A DNA stretch of 64,000 bases. Source: Eubacteriales bacterium (lineage in GTDB: Bacteria; Bacillota; Clostridia; Oscillospirales; CAG-272). The stretch spans positions 11,952-75,951 of the forward strand of contig JAZSHY010000010.1 of the NCBI GenBank assembly GCA_045533505.1, given 5' to 3'. Position 1 is the stretch's first letter. Every line of letters begins with the position of its first letter. Below, piece by piece: positions 52,109-63,918 of the stretch. The translations under genes were made by a program, and so were the position numbers. The notes under the pieces are model-generated. The model ran no database searches. It was given only the letters and a program-made list of their open reading frames with translations, and had not been told where the DNA came from.

Positions 52109-52815
52109 TATTTTCCATGGGTGCAGATGCACCGATTTCACCTGTGCTTTATCGCGAAGGCTTCTCTCTGCCGAAGGAAACGGCGGAGCAGGAGCTCCGT
52201 GAGATGCTTGACGCCTCCTTTCTTCCCTTTTCTCTTCACGAGGGGGGCGAGGTTCTCTCGCAGGGCCTCGGTATTGCGTTTTCTGTCAAGAAAACGAGGC
52301 TTTTGTATCTTTATGCCCTTACTACCCGCCCCTCTTCACGCGGAAGCGGGCTTTTGCGTACCCTCTTAGAGAGGGTAGCCGAAAAATGCACGGGGGAATA
52401 CGCGGCACTCTGCCTCCTCCCCGCCAATGAAGAGCTGGCGGCCTCCTATCGGCGAATGGGCTTCACCCATGCCTGCCCCGCAGGCGCCGATGCCGAGGGA
52501 GGGCTCTCCCGCTTCCGCTTCGAAGGCATACCCGTCTATCATGAAATTTCTGTCGAAGAGCTCTATTCTCTTCTGTCCCCCTCTCTTCCGCTTCCCGCAT
52601 TTCGCTTTGCGGTTGCTTCTCTTGAGAACCGCTACATCCCTGCAAGAATAGGTAACGCGGGCGCACTCCTTTTGCGCAAGAACCCCTCTTTCGCAATCGC
52701 GGTATCGGCCTCGTTGGCAAGGGCGGTAACAGTAAGGACGGACACACCCTATTTCCTTTTGGCCCCGCTCGGCAAGGAGCTCCCTCCTTATATTCCCGAG
52801 CCGTTGCCAAGATAG
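52105..52815 (+). CDS. GNAT-fold acetyltransferase-like protein
   Basis: YLYALTT.P..RGSG and L.PA...YRRMGF acetyl-CoA-binding motifs. Confidence 0.75.
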   Translation: MIFSMGADAPISPVLYREGFSLPKETAEQELREMLDASFLPFSLHEGGEVLSQGLGIAFSVKKTRLLYLYALTTRPSSRGSGLLRTLLERVAEKCTGEYAALCLLPANEELAASYRRMGFTHACPAGADAEGGLSRFRFEGIPVYHEISVEELYSLLSPSLPLPAFRFAVASLENRYIPARIGNAGALLLRKNPSFAIAVSASLARAVTVRTDTPYFLLAPLGKELPPYIPEPLPR

Positions 52816-52822
52816 GAGCGAG

Positions 52823-53395
52823 ATGAATACAAAAAAAGAAAAACAGGCGTTGCGGGCCGAGCTTCGGAAGCGGCGCGATTCGCTTCCAAGCGATGTAAGA
52901 AGCGTGCGAGATGCCGCCATTGTAAGAGTCATACGGGAAAGCAGCTCCTACCGTATGGCAAGCTTTCTTCTCGGCTATGCCCCGATAGGCTCTGAGGTCG
53001 ATATTATGCCGCTTCTTTCCCATGCGCTTTCCGTAGGAAAGGCTGTGTTCCTTCCCCGCGTGCGGCAGGGTGGCAGAATGACCTTTCATCGCGTCCCCTC
53101 GCTTGACTCGTTAAAGACGGGAGCCTATGGCATACCCGAGCCAAACGAGGAGGCCGAAATGTTTTGCGGCACACGGGCAACCCTTTGCCTTGTGCCCGGT
53201 CTTGGCTTTGACCGCCTCGGCTTTCGCATAGGCTACGGCGGCGGCTATTATGACCGTTTCTTCGGACAATACAGCCTTGCTACCCTTGGTGTACTCCACC
53301 GTGAATTTGTTCTTGATACACTGCCAAGTGGGCAATACGACCGCAGAGTGGCAGCCCTCGCCACCGAATGCGGTATTCTACCCATTCCACAATAA
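52823..53395 (+). CDS. 5-formyltetrahydrofolate cyclo-ligase
   Basis: SEVD, YGIPEP and VPGLGFD..GFRIGYGGGYYDR. Confidence 0.95.
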   Translation: MNTKKEKQALRAELRKRRDSLPSDVRSVRDAAIVRVIRESSSYRMASFLLGYAPIGSEVDIMPLLSHALSVGKAVFLPRVRQGGRMTFHRVPSLDSLKTGAYGIPEPNEEAEMFCGTRATLCLVPGLGFDRLGFRIGYGGGYYDRFFGQYSLATLGVLHREFVLDTLPSGQYDRRVAALATECGILPIPQ

Positions 53396-53408
53396 AAGAG
53401 GTAAAGAA

Positions 53409-54077
53409 ATGGTACTCAACCCCAAAGCCACTCATATTGCTTACCGCTGCCCCGACTGCGGCTATATCACGCAGGGCGTCGCGGGCTCCTTTGGTCTCGG
53501 CTCTCAGGATATGCTGCGCCTACGCTGCACCTGCGGTGCTCAAGCTGAGCTTTCGGTCATCGGGGCAGCCGACCACCGCATCCGTCTCGCAATCCCCTGC
53601 CTTCTTTGCGGTCATGACCACCAGTACACGCTCTCCGACAGCCTGTTTTACGGCAAGGATATCTTCCGCCTCGCCTGCCCGTACACCGACATTGATATCG
53701 GATTCTTCGGACGGAATCAGGAGATGCTGCGGGAAGCTACCGAAAAAAGCACGGAGGAGCTGACCGTCCTCTATGAGAGTCTCTGCAAGACAGGGGTGGC
53801 CGCGGAGGAGGAGAACGAGGACCGTGCCACAGCAGACGAGGAGGAGCCCTTTCTCCCCGATTACCAGATTTATGACATTGTACGGTTTTTGGTAAAGGAG
53901 CTGGAGGCCGACGGGCAGATAAGCTGCCCCTGCCGAAGCGGTTCCTATGATGTGGAAATGACAGGCGAGGGCATTCGGGTTTCTTGCCCGGAATGCCATG
54001 CCTCCTATCTTTTCAAAACCAACAGCCTTTCGGCGGCACAGGATTTTCTTTCCTGCGATAGTTTACACCTAAAATAA
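53409..54077 (+). CDS. Hypothetical multi-cysteine (zinc-ribbon-like) protein
   Basis: CPDC, CTC, CLLCGHDH, CPC and CPEC; AGAGGT RBS before ATG 53409. Confidence 0.75.
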   Translation: MVLNPKATHIAYRCPDCGYITQGVAGSFGLGSQDMLRLRCTCGAQAELSVIGAADHRIRLAIPCLLCGHDHQYTLSDSLFYGKDIFRLACPYTDIDIGFFGRNQEMLREATEKSTEELTVLYESLCKTGVAAEEENEDRATADEEEPFLPDYQIYDIVRFLVKELEADGQISCPCRSGSYDVEMTGEGIRVSCPECHASYLFKTNSLSAAQDFLSCDSLHLK

Positions 54078-54112
54078 CCTTATATTTCGGGAGAATATCC
54101 TAAAGAAAGCAA

Positions 54113-54158
54113 AAATGTGGCAATTTGAGCAAAATAAAATGCTCAAGCTGCCACATTT
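54113..54158. repeat. 19-bp imperfect inverted repeat between convergent genes (probable terminator)
   Basis: AAATGTGGCAATTTGAGCA-8 nt-TGCTCAAGCTGCCACATTT, 17 of 19 positions match. Confidence 0.7.
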
Positions 54159-54209
54159 GGTATAAAAGCCGTTTGTTCTAAGGAAAAAAGGAAGGTAGAA
54201 CCGTTTCTA

Positions 54210-54776
54210 TTAAAATAGGCCGTAATACGCGAGGAGGCCGTTGTAAAGTCCTCTGGCAAAAAGCTGCGGATTTTCATACATATACACCGCTTCGCGTGGG
54301 TTTGTGATAAAGCCGAGCTCAAACACCACGGCAGGCATCGGAGTGCGGCGCAGAACATAGAGCCCCGGACGAAGCTTGACGCCGCGATTTCGAAAGCCCG
54401 TAGCCTCGGTTACACTGCGAAGGAGGGCTTCGGCAATGGGATAGGCTTCGCTCTCCTCGGAAAACACAAGCGCCTCACTTCCCCCTACTGCGGGATTGGA
54501 TGAGGCATTTGTGTGAATGCTGAGAAAAAGATCGGCACCAAAAAGAATGGCCCCCTCCACGCGAAGCCGCAGGCTGTCGGCATTGGAAACGCCGAGCACT
54601 GTGGTAGGCGTTGGTCTTGAACGGCGCGCCTCAAAACGAGGGTCACGCGAAAGAAGCGTATACAGCTCCTGCGAAACGCGGTATACAATATCCTGCTCGC
54701 GATACCCGTTCCCCTCTGCTCCTGCATTGGGGTTGACGGGATTGTGCCCTGCATCAATATAAATTCGAATTGCCAC
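54210..54776 (-). CDS. N-acetylmuramoyl-L-alanine amidase (Amidase_3, catalytic domain only)
   Basis: IDAGH...E, SIHTNA and ELGFITN. Confidence 0.93.
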   Translation of the reverse strand: MAIRIYIDAGHNPVNPNAGAEGNGYREQDIVYRVSQELYTLLSRDPRFEARRSRPTPTTVLGVSNADSLRLRVEGAILFGADLFLSIHTNASSNPAVGGSEALVFSEESEAYPIAEALLRSVTEATGFRNRGVKLRPGLYVLRRTPMPAVVFELGFITNPREAVYMYENPQLFARGLYNGLLAYYGLF

Positions 54777-54840
54777 CGCATCTTCTCCTTTTTAAATGTT
54801 TTCTATTATATCCTATGCGGAAAGAGTCAGGTCTGTGAGT

Positions 54841-55578
54841 ATGAAAGAGATACAGAGAATACTGAGCTATATGAGACGCGCCGTTGACGACTACGGCATG
54901 ATTCGGGAGAACGACCATATTGCCGTGGGAGTTTCGGGCGGTAAGGATTCCCTGACTCTTCTTGTCGGGCTATCGCACCTCCGCCGCTTTTATCCCGTCC
55001 CCTTCACGCTATCGGCCATTACGGTGGACATGGGCTTTGAGGGTAGCAATTATTCCGCCATTGCCGAGCTTTGCCGCGAGCTTGATGTCCCCTATCACAT
55101 AGAGAAAACCGACATAGCGAAAATCGTGTTTGAGGACCGCAAGGAGACAAACCCCTGCTCACTTTGTGCAAGAATGCGGCGAGGGGTGCTGCACGGAGCC
55201 GCGAGGGAGCTCGGCTGCACGAGCATCGCCCTCGGCCATCATTTCAACGACGTTGTGGAGACGCTTATGCTGAACCTCTTTTTTGAGGGAAGGCTTGGCT
55301 GCTTCTCTCCTGTCACCTACCTTTCGAGGCGCGAGCTTTACATGATACGCCCCCTTCTGTACGCGAAGGAAAAGGACATCGAATATTTTGCAAGGCACAA
55401 CCCTCTTCCTGTTGTGAAAAGCCTGTGCCCAGAGGACAAGCACACCGAAAGAGAAAGGATGAAGCAGCTCCTCAGAACGCTGGAAAAGGAAAACCCCGGG
55501 CTTCAACACCGCATTTTTCACGCCATCTGCGAGGGGAGGCTCGATGGCTTCCACCCCACGGGGCGTCTGCCTGACTGA
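54841..55578 (+). CDS. ttcA: TtcA-family tRNA 2-thiocytidine biosynthesis protein
   Basis: PP-loop SGGKDS, CSLC, GHH.ND and IRPL. Confidence 0.85.
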   Translation: MKEIQRILSYMRRAVDDYGMIRENDHIAVGVSGGKDSLTLLVGLSHLRRFYPVPFTLSAITVDMGFEGSNYSAIAELCRELDVPYHIEKTDIAKIVFEDRKETNPCSLCARMRRGVLHGAARELGCTSIALGHHFNDVVETLMLNLFFEGRLGCFSPVTYLSRRELYMIRPLLYAKEKDIEYFARHNPLPVVKSLCPEDKHTERERMKQLLRTLEKENPGLQHRIFHAICEGRLDGFHPTGRLPD

Positions 55579-55655
55579 CAAGAGGCTGAGCTTTGGAAGA
55601 AAGCTCAGGCTCTTTTTGTAAGGTTTTGTTTTCAAAATGATGTTTTTATGCTCTT

Positions 55656-57800
<2,145 letters not shown>

Positions 57801-57885
57801 TTACCGCATGTATCCCTTACTTCTCGCAAAAAAAGCCTTTGCGGTCTCTCGACGGGAAGCAGAGAGGCACAAAGGCTTTTTTCTT

Positions 57886-59172
57886 TTATCGGCTATTCAG
57901 CGAAAGGATCTTTTCGAGAGAGGCAAGCCGCACCGCCACGGCAAGAACCTCCGCCGCCGTCGAAAGAGAGGCATCGTCGGCATAGGTGGGAGCGAGGCGA
58001 AGATTGCTGTCATGAGGGTCGCGTCCGTAGGGAAAGGTCGCGCCCACCTTGGTTAGAACTACACCTGCCTCAGCACAAAGGGCATAGACACGGGAGGCAC
58101 ACCCATCCATTACCGTGAGCGAGGAAAAGTAACCGCCGTGGGGCACGGTCCACTCGGCAACACCGCAGTCTGCAAGGTCGCGTTCAAGAGCCGAGAGAAG
58201 CACACGGAACTTGCGCCCGACAACCCTGCCGTGCTCACGCATATGGCGGTAAAGTGAGCCCTCCTCGGCAAAGTAACGGACATGACGGAGCTGATTTAGC
58301 TTGTCGTACCCTATGGTCTGCACCGTCATAGCGGCGCGAATTTCCTTCAGGTTGGCCTCCGAGGCGGCGAGCATCGCAACGCCCGCGCCGGGGTAAGTAA
58401 TTTTGGAGGTGGAGGTGAAATAGAATACCCTGTCACCGTGCCCCTTTTCCTCGGCAAGCGCAAGGATATCGGCAAGCTCGTCATCCTCATCGCCGAAGCC
58501 GTGCACGGCATAGGCGTTGTCCCACATAATACGGAAGTCGGGTGCAGCCGTTTCCATTGCGGCAAGGCGCGCCACCACGGCATCGCTGTACGTAATGCCT
58601 GTGGGATTGGAATACTTCGGCACACACCAGATTCCCTTCACGGCGGGATCGCGCACAAGCGCCTCCACCGCGTCCATATCGGGGCCCTCGTCCGTCATCT
58701 CCACGGGTATCATCTCAAAGCCAAGTGCCTCGGTAATGGCGAAATGTCGGTCATAGCCGGGAACGGGGCAAAGGAATTTCAGCTTTTCCTCACGGCACCA
58801 GGGGCGAAGAGAGCCAACCGTGCCGAAGAGCATGCAGCGGCAAAGGGCGTCATACATAAGATTGAGGCTGGAGTTCCCGCACACAATGATTTGCGAGGCG
58901 GGTATGCCCGTGTAGGACGAGAAGAGGCGGCGTGCCTCGGGAAGGCCGCAAAGCTCCCCGTAGTTGCGGCAGTCCATCCCGTTTTCGGCTGCCACGTCAC
59001 CGCCTTCCGAAAGGGCGGTCAGAATACCGTCGCTCAGGTCCAACTGCTCCGAGGACGGCTTGCCGCGCGAAAGGTCGAGCGAAAGTCCTTTTGCACAAAA
59101 TGCGCTGTAACGCGACTTCATCTCTCCGTATTCCTGCTCAAGTGCTGCACGCGATGCGTTCAAGTAGTTCAT
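57886..59172 (-). CDS. PLP-dependent aminotransferase (class I/II-like)
   Basis: LDLSRGKP, PGYDRHF, WDNAY and STSKIT. Confidence 0.9.
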   Translation of the reverse strand: MNYLNASRAALEQEYGEMKSRYSAFCAKGLSLDLSRGKPSSEQLDLSDGILTALSEGGDVAAENGMDCRNYGELCGLPEARRLFSSYTGIPASQIIVCGNSSLNLMYDALCRCMLFGTVGSLRPWCREEKLKFLCPVPGYDRHFAITEALGFEMIPVEMTDEGPDMDAVEALVRDPAVKGIWCVPKYSNPTGITYSDAVVARLAAMETAAPDFRIMWDNAYAVHGFGDEDDELADILALAEEKGHGDRVFYFTSTSKITYPGAGVAMLAASEANLKEIRAAMTVQTIGYDKLNQLRHVRYFAEEGSLYRHMREHGRVVGRKFRVLLSALERDLADCGVAEWTVPHGGYFSSLTVMDGCASRVYALCAEAGVVLTKVGATFPYGRDPHDSNLRLAPTYADDASLSTAAEVLAVAVRLASLEKILSLNSR

Positions 59173-59384
59173 TTTTTCACCTTTTTGAAAGTTTCTTTGC
59201 GTAATATTTCTTTTTTTCGTTATGTACGACGTCTATTATACTATTCCTGCTTTCATTTTGCAAGTCCTTTTTCAAAAAAATTCATTTTTTTCTTTTTTTC
59301 TTGCCCCGTTTTTCGGGCGACACGGGAAAAAGCGGAAAAATGTCTGCCTTTCTCCTTCTCCTTTGGGAAGTTGACCGCAAGCAC

Positions 59385-59423
59385 TTGACAACTTCGCGCG
59401 GGTGCGATATAATGTGATATAAT
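59385..59423 (+). promoter_or_regulatory. Sigma-A promoter of proS with duplicated -10
   Basis: TTGACA (59385-59390), 17 bp, TATAAT (59408-59413); second TG-A-TATAAT at 59415-59423. Confidence 0.8.
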
Positions 59424-59470
59424 GTGAATAATTTACTTTTCAGCTATTTACCGTTTAAGGAGACAAAAGC

Positions 59471-60910
59471 ATGGCGAACAACGAAAAAATGGTAGACCAG
59501 ATTACCTCCATGGAGGAGGATTTTGCCAAGTGGTATACCGACATCGTAAAAAAAGCAGACCTTATTGATTATTCGAGCGTGAAGGGGTGCATGATTATCC
59601 GCCCCTACGGCTATGCCATTTGGGAAAACATTCAGAAAATTCTGGATGCCCGCTTCAAGGCAACCGGGCACGAAAACGTTTATATGCCTATGTTCATTCC
59701 CGAATCCCTCCTTCAAAAGGAAAAGGACCATGTGGAGGGCTTCGCGCCCGAGGTGGCCTGGGTTACCATGGGGGGCAACGAGCGTCTCAACGAGCGCCTT
59801 TGCGTCCGTCCGACCTCGGAAACCCTTTTCTGCGAACATTATGCCAATATCATCCGCTCCTACCGCGACCTGCCGAAGCTCTATAACCAGTGGTGCAGCG
59901 TTGTACGGTGGGAGAAAACCACACGCCCCTTCCTGAGAAGCCGCGAGTTCCTCTGGCAGGAGGGGCACACCATGCATGCCACCGCCGAGGAGAGCGAGGC
60001 CGAAACACTGCAAATGCTCGGTGTGTATGCCGACTTTTTTGAAAAGGACCTCGGCATGCCCGTGCTTCGCGGCAGAAAAACCGACAAGGAGAAGTTCGCG
60101 GGAGCCGAGGCAACCTACACGGTTGAGGCCCTGATGCACGACGGCAAGGCCTTGCAGGGCGGTACCTCTCACAACTTCGGCGACGGCTTTGCGAGAGCCT
60201 TCGGTATCCAGTATCTCGACAGGGACAACAAGCTGAAATACTGCCACCAGACCTCCTGGGGCGTTTCCACCCGTATTATCGGCGGAATCATCATGACGCA
60301 CGGCGATAACAACGGTCTTGTGCTCCCCAGCGCAGTCGCACCGATTCAGGTCGTGATTGTGCCTGTGCAGATGCACAAGCCCGGGGTGCTGGAGGCGGCA
60401 CGCGAGCTTATGGCGCAGCTTTCTCAAAGCTACCGTGTCAAGCTGGACGACAGCGACAATTCGCCCGGCTGGAAGTTTGCCGAATACGAGATGAAGGGAG
60501 TTCCGCTTCGCATCGAAATCGGGCCGCGCGATATCGAAAACGGCCAGTGTGTAGTGGTGCGCCGCGACAACCGTGAGAAGCTCTTCACCCCGATAACCGA
60601 GCTCTCCCGTGTAGTAGGCGAGCAGCTGGAGGCACTGACGCGCGCTCTCTTTGAAAAAGCCTCGGCCAACCGTGCAGCGCGCACCTATACGGCAAAGACA
60701 CTTGACGAGCTCGTGGAAATTGCCGGACAGAAGAACGGCTATATCCGCGCCATGTGGTGCGGCGACGTTGCCTGCGAGGAGAAGCTCAAGGAGGTTGCCG
60801 ACGTCACGTCGCGCTGCATTCCCTTTGACGATACAGAGGAGGTTGCCGCCACCTGCGTGTGTTGCGGCAAGCCTGCACGCTCCTTGGTCTATTGGGGCAA
60901 GGCCTATTGA
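59471..60910 (+). CDS. proS: Proline--tRNA ligase (archaeal/eukaryotic-like type, no editing insert)
   Basis: [28 protein letters not shown] and C-terminal Cys cluster ending GKAY. Confidence 0.97.
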   Translation: MANNEKMVDQITSMEEDFAKWYTDIVKKADLIDYSSVKGCMIIRPYGYAIWENIQKILDARFKATGHENVYMPMFIPESLLQKEKDHVEGFAPEVAWVTMGGNERLNERLCVRPTSETLFCEHYANIIRSYRDLPKLYNQWCSVVRWEKTTRPFLRSREFLWQEGHTMHATAEESEAETLQMLGVYADFFEKDLGMPVLRGRKTDKEKFAGAEATYTVEALMHDGKALQGGTSHNFGDGFARAFGIQYLDRDNKLKYCHQTSWGVSTRIIGGIIMTHGDNNGLVLPSAVAPIQVVIVPVQMHKPGVLEAARELMAQLSQSYRVKLDDSDNSPGWKFAEYEMKGVPLRIEIGPRDIENGQCVVVRRDNREKLFTPITELSRVVGEQLEALTRALFEKASANRAARTYTAKTLDELVEIAGQKNGYIRAMWCGDVACEEKLKEVADVTSRCIPFDDTEEVAATCVCCGKPARSLVYWGKAY

Positions 60911-60946
60911 CCGAACTCACAAAAAACCGAAAGGACGCCAAGACCT

Positions 60947-61738
60947 ATGGCACAGAAGTTTAGCACCTCGCGCTCTCCGGGCGGTCATCTCTTGACAATC
61001 AACTCCACCGATGAGCTCGCCGCCCCCTCTTCCTACCTCGAAGAGGTCGCAAAGCACGGCGGTAGCCATGGCTATGTCCTTTTTTCCTACGGTAGCACCG
61101 AGCAAGATGGGCTCTGGCAGCGGAGTGCGAATGAATTCCCTCTTTATGTGGGAATTGTCCTGCGCCCTCCCTTCTCCGCTGCGCGCGGCAGTATGCTTTC
61201 GGTTCTCGGAGCCTTGGCGCTTGCGCGCACCGTATCTCGCCACTCGGACGGAAAGCCTCTTATCCGCTGGGTGAGCGACGTCTATTCCGGAAGAAGAAGG
61301 ATTGCCTTTGTCAAAACGCACGCCGCCCTCTCGACGAACGGCGGGCTTCGTTATGCCACGGTTCACCTTTCTCTTCTGATAACCGAGAATTTCGAAGGGA
61401 CGCTTCACGAGGTGGTGAGCAGTGTCTTTTCCAGCCAGAGAGAAACCCTCTTGGAACGGGTGGCGGGGACTTTGATTTCCGAGTTTTTCACACTCTACGA
61501 ATCCTTTGCCACCACTGACAGCACCGCCTTCCTTGAAGAATATCGCTCACTTTCGCTTTTGCAGGGCAAGCGTATTCGCTTTCTTCGCGACGGCAAGCGC
61601 CACCGCGCCACGGTCATCGGCATTGATGACAATGCGCGCCTTGTGGTCACACCGCGGCGTGGACGAAGCGAGCTTCTCTGCACTGCCTCGGAGCTTTACG
61701 ACCCGAAGCGCACACGCAAGACTCAGAAACCCCTGTGA
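60947..61738 (+). CDS. Degenerate biotin-protein-ligase (BirA)-fold protein
   Basis: Collinear with BirA at 22865 (LYVGIVLRP, IRWVSDVY, FLEEYRSLSL, GIDDNARL) but lacks the catalytic motifs. Confidence 0.75.
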   Translation: MAQKFSTSRSPGGHLLTINSTDELAAPSSYLEEVAKHGGSHGYVLFSYGSTEQDGLWQRSANEFPLYVGIVLRPPFSAARGSMLSVLGALALARTVSRHSDGKPLIRWVSDVYSGRRRIAFVKTHAALSTNGGLRYATVHLSLLITENFEGTLHEVVSSVFSSQRETLLERVAGTLISEFFTLYESFATTDSTAFLEEYRSLSLLQGKRIRFLRDGKRHRATVIGIDDNARLVVTPRRGRSELLCTASELYDPKRTRKTQKPL

Positions 61739-61778
61739 AAAACCGATGCGCCTTCCCCGCTTTTACTCTCAGCGTATG

Positions 61779-61811
61779 AAAAAGAGCACCTCGCGGTGCT
61801 CTTTTCTTTTT
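61779..61811. terminator. Bidirectional terminator
   Basis: AAAAAGAGCACC-TCGC-GGTGCTCTTTTT. Confidence 0.85.
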
Positions 61812-61845
61812 TGAGTATTCCCGACAGAGCACGCAGGCTCTTAGC

Positions 61846-63141
61846 TTACAGCTCATTTCTCATGAGGTCCTCAAGCGTCTCCCGTCTGACAATCAGCCTG
61901 TCCTCTCCGCCCGAAAGCAACACCATCGGGGGGCGCGGCAGACGGTTGTAGTGCGAGGCCATGGCATAATTGTAGGCACCCGTCGTGAGAACGGCCAGAA
62001 GGTCGCCCCTCCTTGGCTCAGGCAGTGCCACGCCCTCCTGAATCAGGTCGCCGCTTTCGCAGCAACGGCCTGCTATGGAGGCCACAAAATCGCGCGAATC
62101 GCCCATGCGGTCTGCGGGCTCTACCGTATAAGGAGAACCGTAAAGGGCAAAGCGCGGATTATCCGCCATTCCGCCATCAACCGAAACATAGTTTTTGAAG
62201 CCGGGGATTTTCTTTACGGAGCCCACCGTATAGAGGGTAATGCCTGCATCGGCCACAATGCTTCTGCCCGGCTCCATTCGCACTGCCGGCATGGGGTAGT
62301 CAAGCTCGCTTGCCGTTCTTTTCATTTCCTCGGCAATTTTCCCGATGTTGGCGGCGTAGTCCACCTCGGGGTGCTCGGCAAGATAGCGAACGCCCATGCC
62401 GCCACCAAGGTTTATCTCACGTGCCAGGAAGCCGACGGTGTCACGCATGCTCGCCGCAAAGCGCAAAAGAATACGGGCGGCATCGCAAAAGGGCTCGCTT
62501 TCGAAAATCTGGGAGCCTATATGCGAATGATAGCCGAGAACCTCAATATGAGGCAGAGTGAGTGCTGTGCGAAGAAGCTCCTCGGCCTGCCCTGTTTCTA
62601 TCGCGGCACCGAACTTGGAATCAACCTTGCCCGTAGAAATCGACGCATGGGTATGCGGGTCGATGCCGGGAGTGAGTCGAAGAAGAACCCTCTGCCTTAT
62701 GCCGCGAAGGGCGGCCTCGCGCTCGATGGCGGCAAGCTCGTCCCCACTGTCACACACAAAGCAGCCGACACCGCATTCCATCGCGTAAGCGATGTCGCTG
62801 TCGGTTTTGTTGTTCCCGTGGAAGTAGGCAGTCTCCATCGGGAAGCCTGCCGCCCTTGCCGTGCAAATCTCGCCCGAGGAAACCACGTCAATGCCCATGC
62901 CCTCCTCGCGCATAATACGGTAAATATCCTTGATACAGAGTGCCTTGCCCGCGTAAAGCGGAAGGGCATTCTCCCCGAAGGAGGCACGCATAGCCTCACG
63001 GTAGAGACGGCAGCGCGCGCGGATGCTGTCCTCGTCCATAAGATACAGCGGCGTGCCGTACTTCGCGGCAAGCTCCACGGTATCCCTACCCGCAAAGGTA
63101 AGGTGCTGTTCCTCATTGATGCTCAAATTTTTTGCTATCAT
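61846..63141 (-). CDS. lysA: Diaminopimelate decarboxylase
   Basis: YAGKA, HIGSQI, EPGRSIV and CCESGD. Confidence 0.97.
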   Translation of the reverse strand: MIAKNLSINEEQHLTFAGRDTVELAAKYGTPLYLMDEDSIRARCRLYREAMRASFGENALPLYAGKALCIKDIYRIMREEGMGIDVVSSGEICTARAAGFPMETAYFHGNNKTDSDIAYAMECGVGCFVCDSGDELAAIEREAALRGIRQRVLLRLTPGIDPHTHASISTGKVDSKFGAAIETGQAEELLRTALTLPHIEVLGYHSHIGSQIFESEPFCDAARILLRFAASMRDTVGFLAREINLGGGMGVRYLAEHPEVDYAANIGKIAEEMKRTASELDYPMPAVRMEPGRSIVADAGITLYTVGSVKKIPGFKNYVSVDGGMADNPRFALYGSPYTVEPADRMGDSRDFVASIAGRCCESGDLIQEGVALPEPRRGDLLAVLTTGAYNYAMASHYNRLPRPPMVLLSGGEDRLIVRRETLEDLMRNEL

Positions 63142-63159
63142 AGCTGTTACCCTTTTGGC

Positions 63160-63909
63160 TTATTGCTCGCCAAGAAGCGAACGGACGCTGTAAAGCCCCG
63201 CCTCGTGGCCGACAAGATATTCGGCGGCACGGATGGCACCCTCGGCAAACAATGCGCGGCTGTGCGATTCGTGAGAGAGGGTAATGGTTTCCACACCCGT
63301 GTGGAGGTGCACCTCGTGCCGACCTACCACATTGCCCATGCGGAGCGAATGAATGCCGATATCGCCCTCCTGCCTGGCACCTGCCTCGTGACGGCCAACA
63401 ACAAGCCTGCCGCCCTCGCGCACCTCGCGCACGCCCTCGGCCAGCATAAGCGCCGTACCGCTGGGAACGTCCAGCTTCTTATTGTGATGAATCTCGACAA
63501 TCTCGACATCGGCCTTCGGAAAAATGGCCGCAGCCTGACGGGCAAGCGAGACGAGAAGCGCTATTCCGATGGACATGTTCCCCGAAAAGAAAACGGGAAG
63601 CCTCTCGGACGCTTCTCTGATAGCACCGCGCTCCTCCTCGGTCTGCCCCGTGGTGGCAATCACGAGGGGCAAGCGGCGCGACGCGGCGTAGGCAAGAAGA
63701 GAGGGCGTTGCCGAATGGTGCGAGAAATCAATCAGAACGTCGGCCTCCTCGCAGACATCGGCAAGTGCCGTATAGGTGGGAATCCCCTCCAAGGAAAGCG
63801 GGCTTACGTCTACCGCAGCAACCACCGTGTGGCACCCTGAGGTGCGGGCCACCGCCTCCAGCATTTCGCGGCCCATGCGCCCTGCGGCACCTGTCAAAAT
63901 CATTCTCAT
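63160..63909 (-). CDS. dapB: 4-hydroxy-tetrahydrodipicolinate reductase
   Basis: GAAGRMG and EIHHNKKLDVPSGTA. Confidence 0.97.
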   Translation of the reverse strand: MRMILTGAAGRMGREMLEAVARTSGCHTVVAAVDVSPLSLEGIPTYTALADVCEEADVLIDFSHHSATPSLLAYAASRRLPLVIATTGQTEEERGAIREASERLPVFFSGNMSIGIALLVSLARQAAAIFPKADVEIVEIHHNKKLDVPSGTALMLAEGVREVREGGRLVVGRHEAGARQEGDIGIHSLRMGNVVGRHEVHLHTGVETITLSHESHSRALFAEGAIRAAEYLVGHEAGLYSVRSLLGEQ

Positions 63910-63918
63910 AATCAGTCC

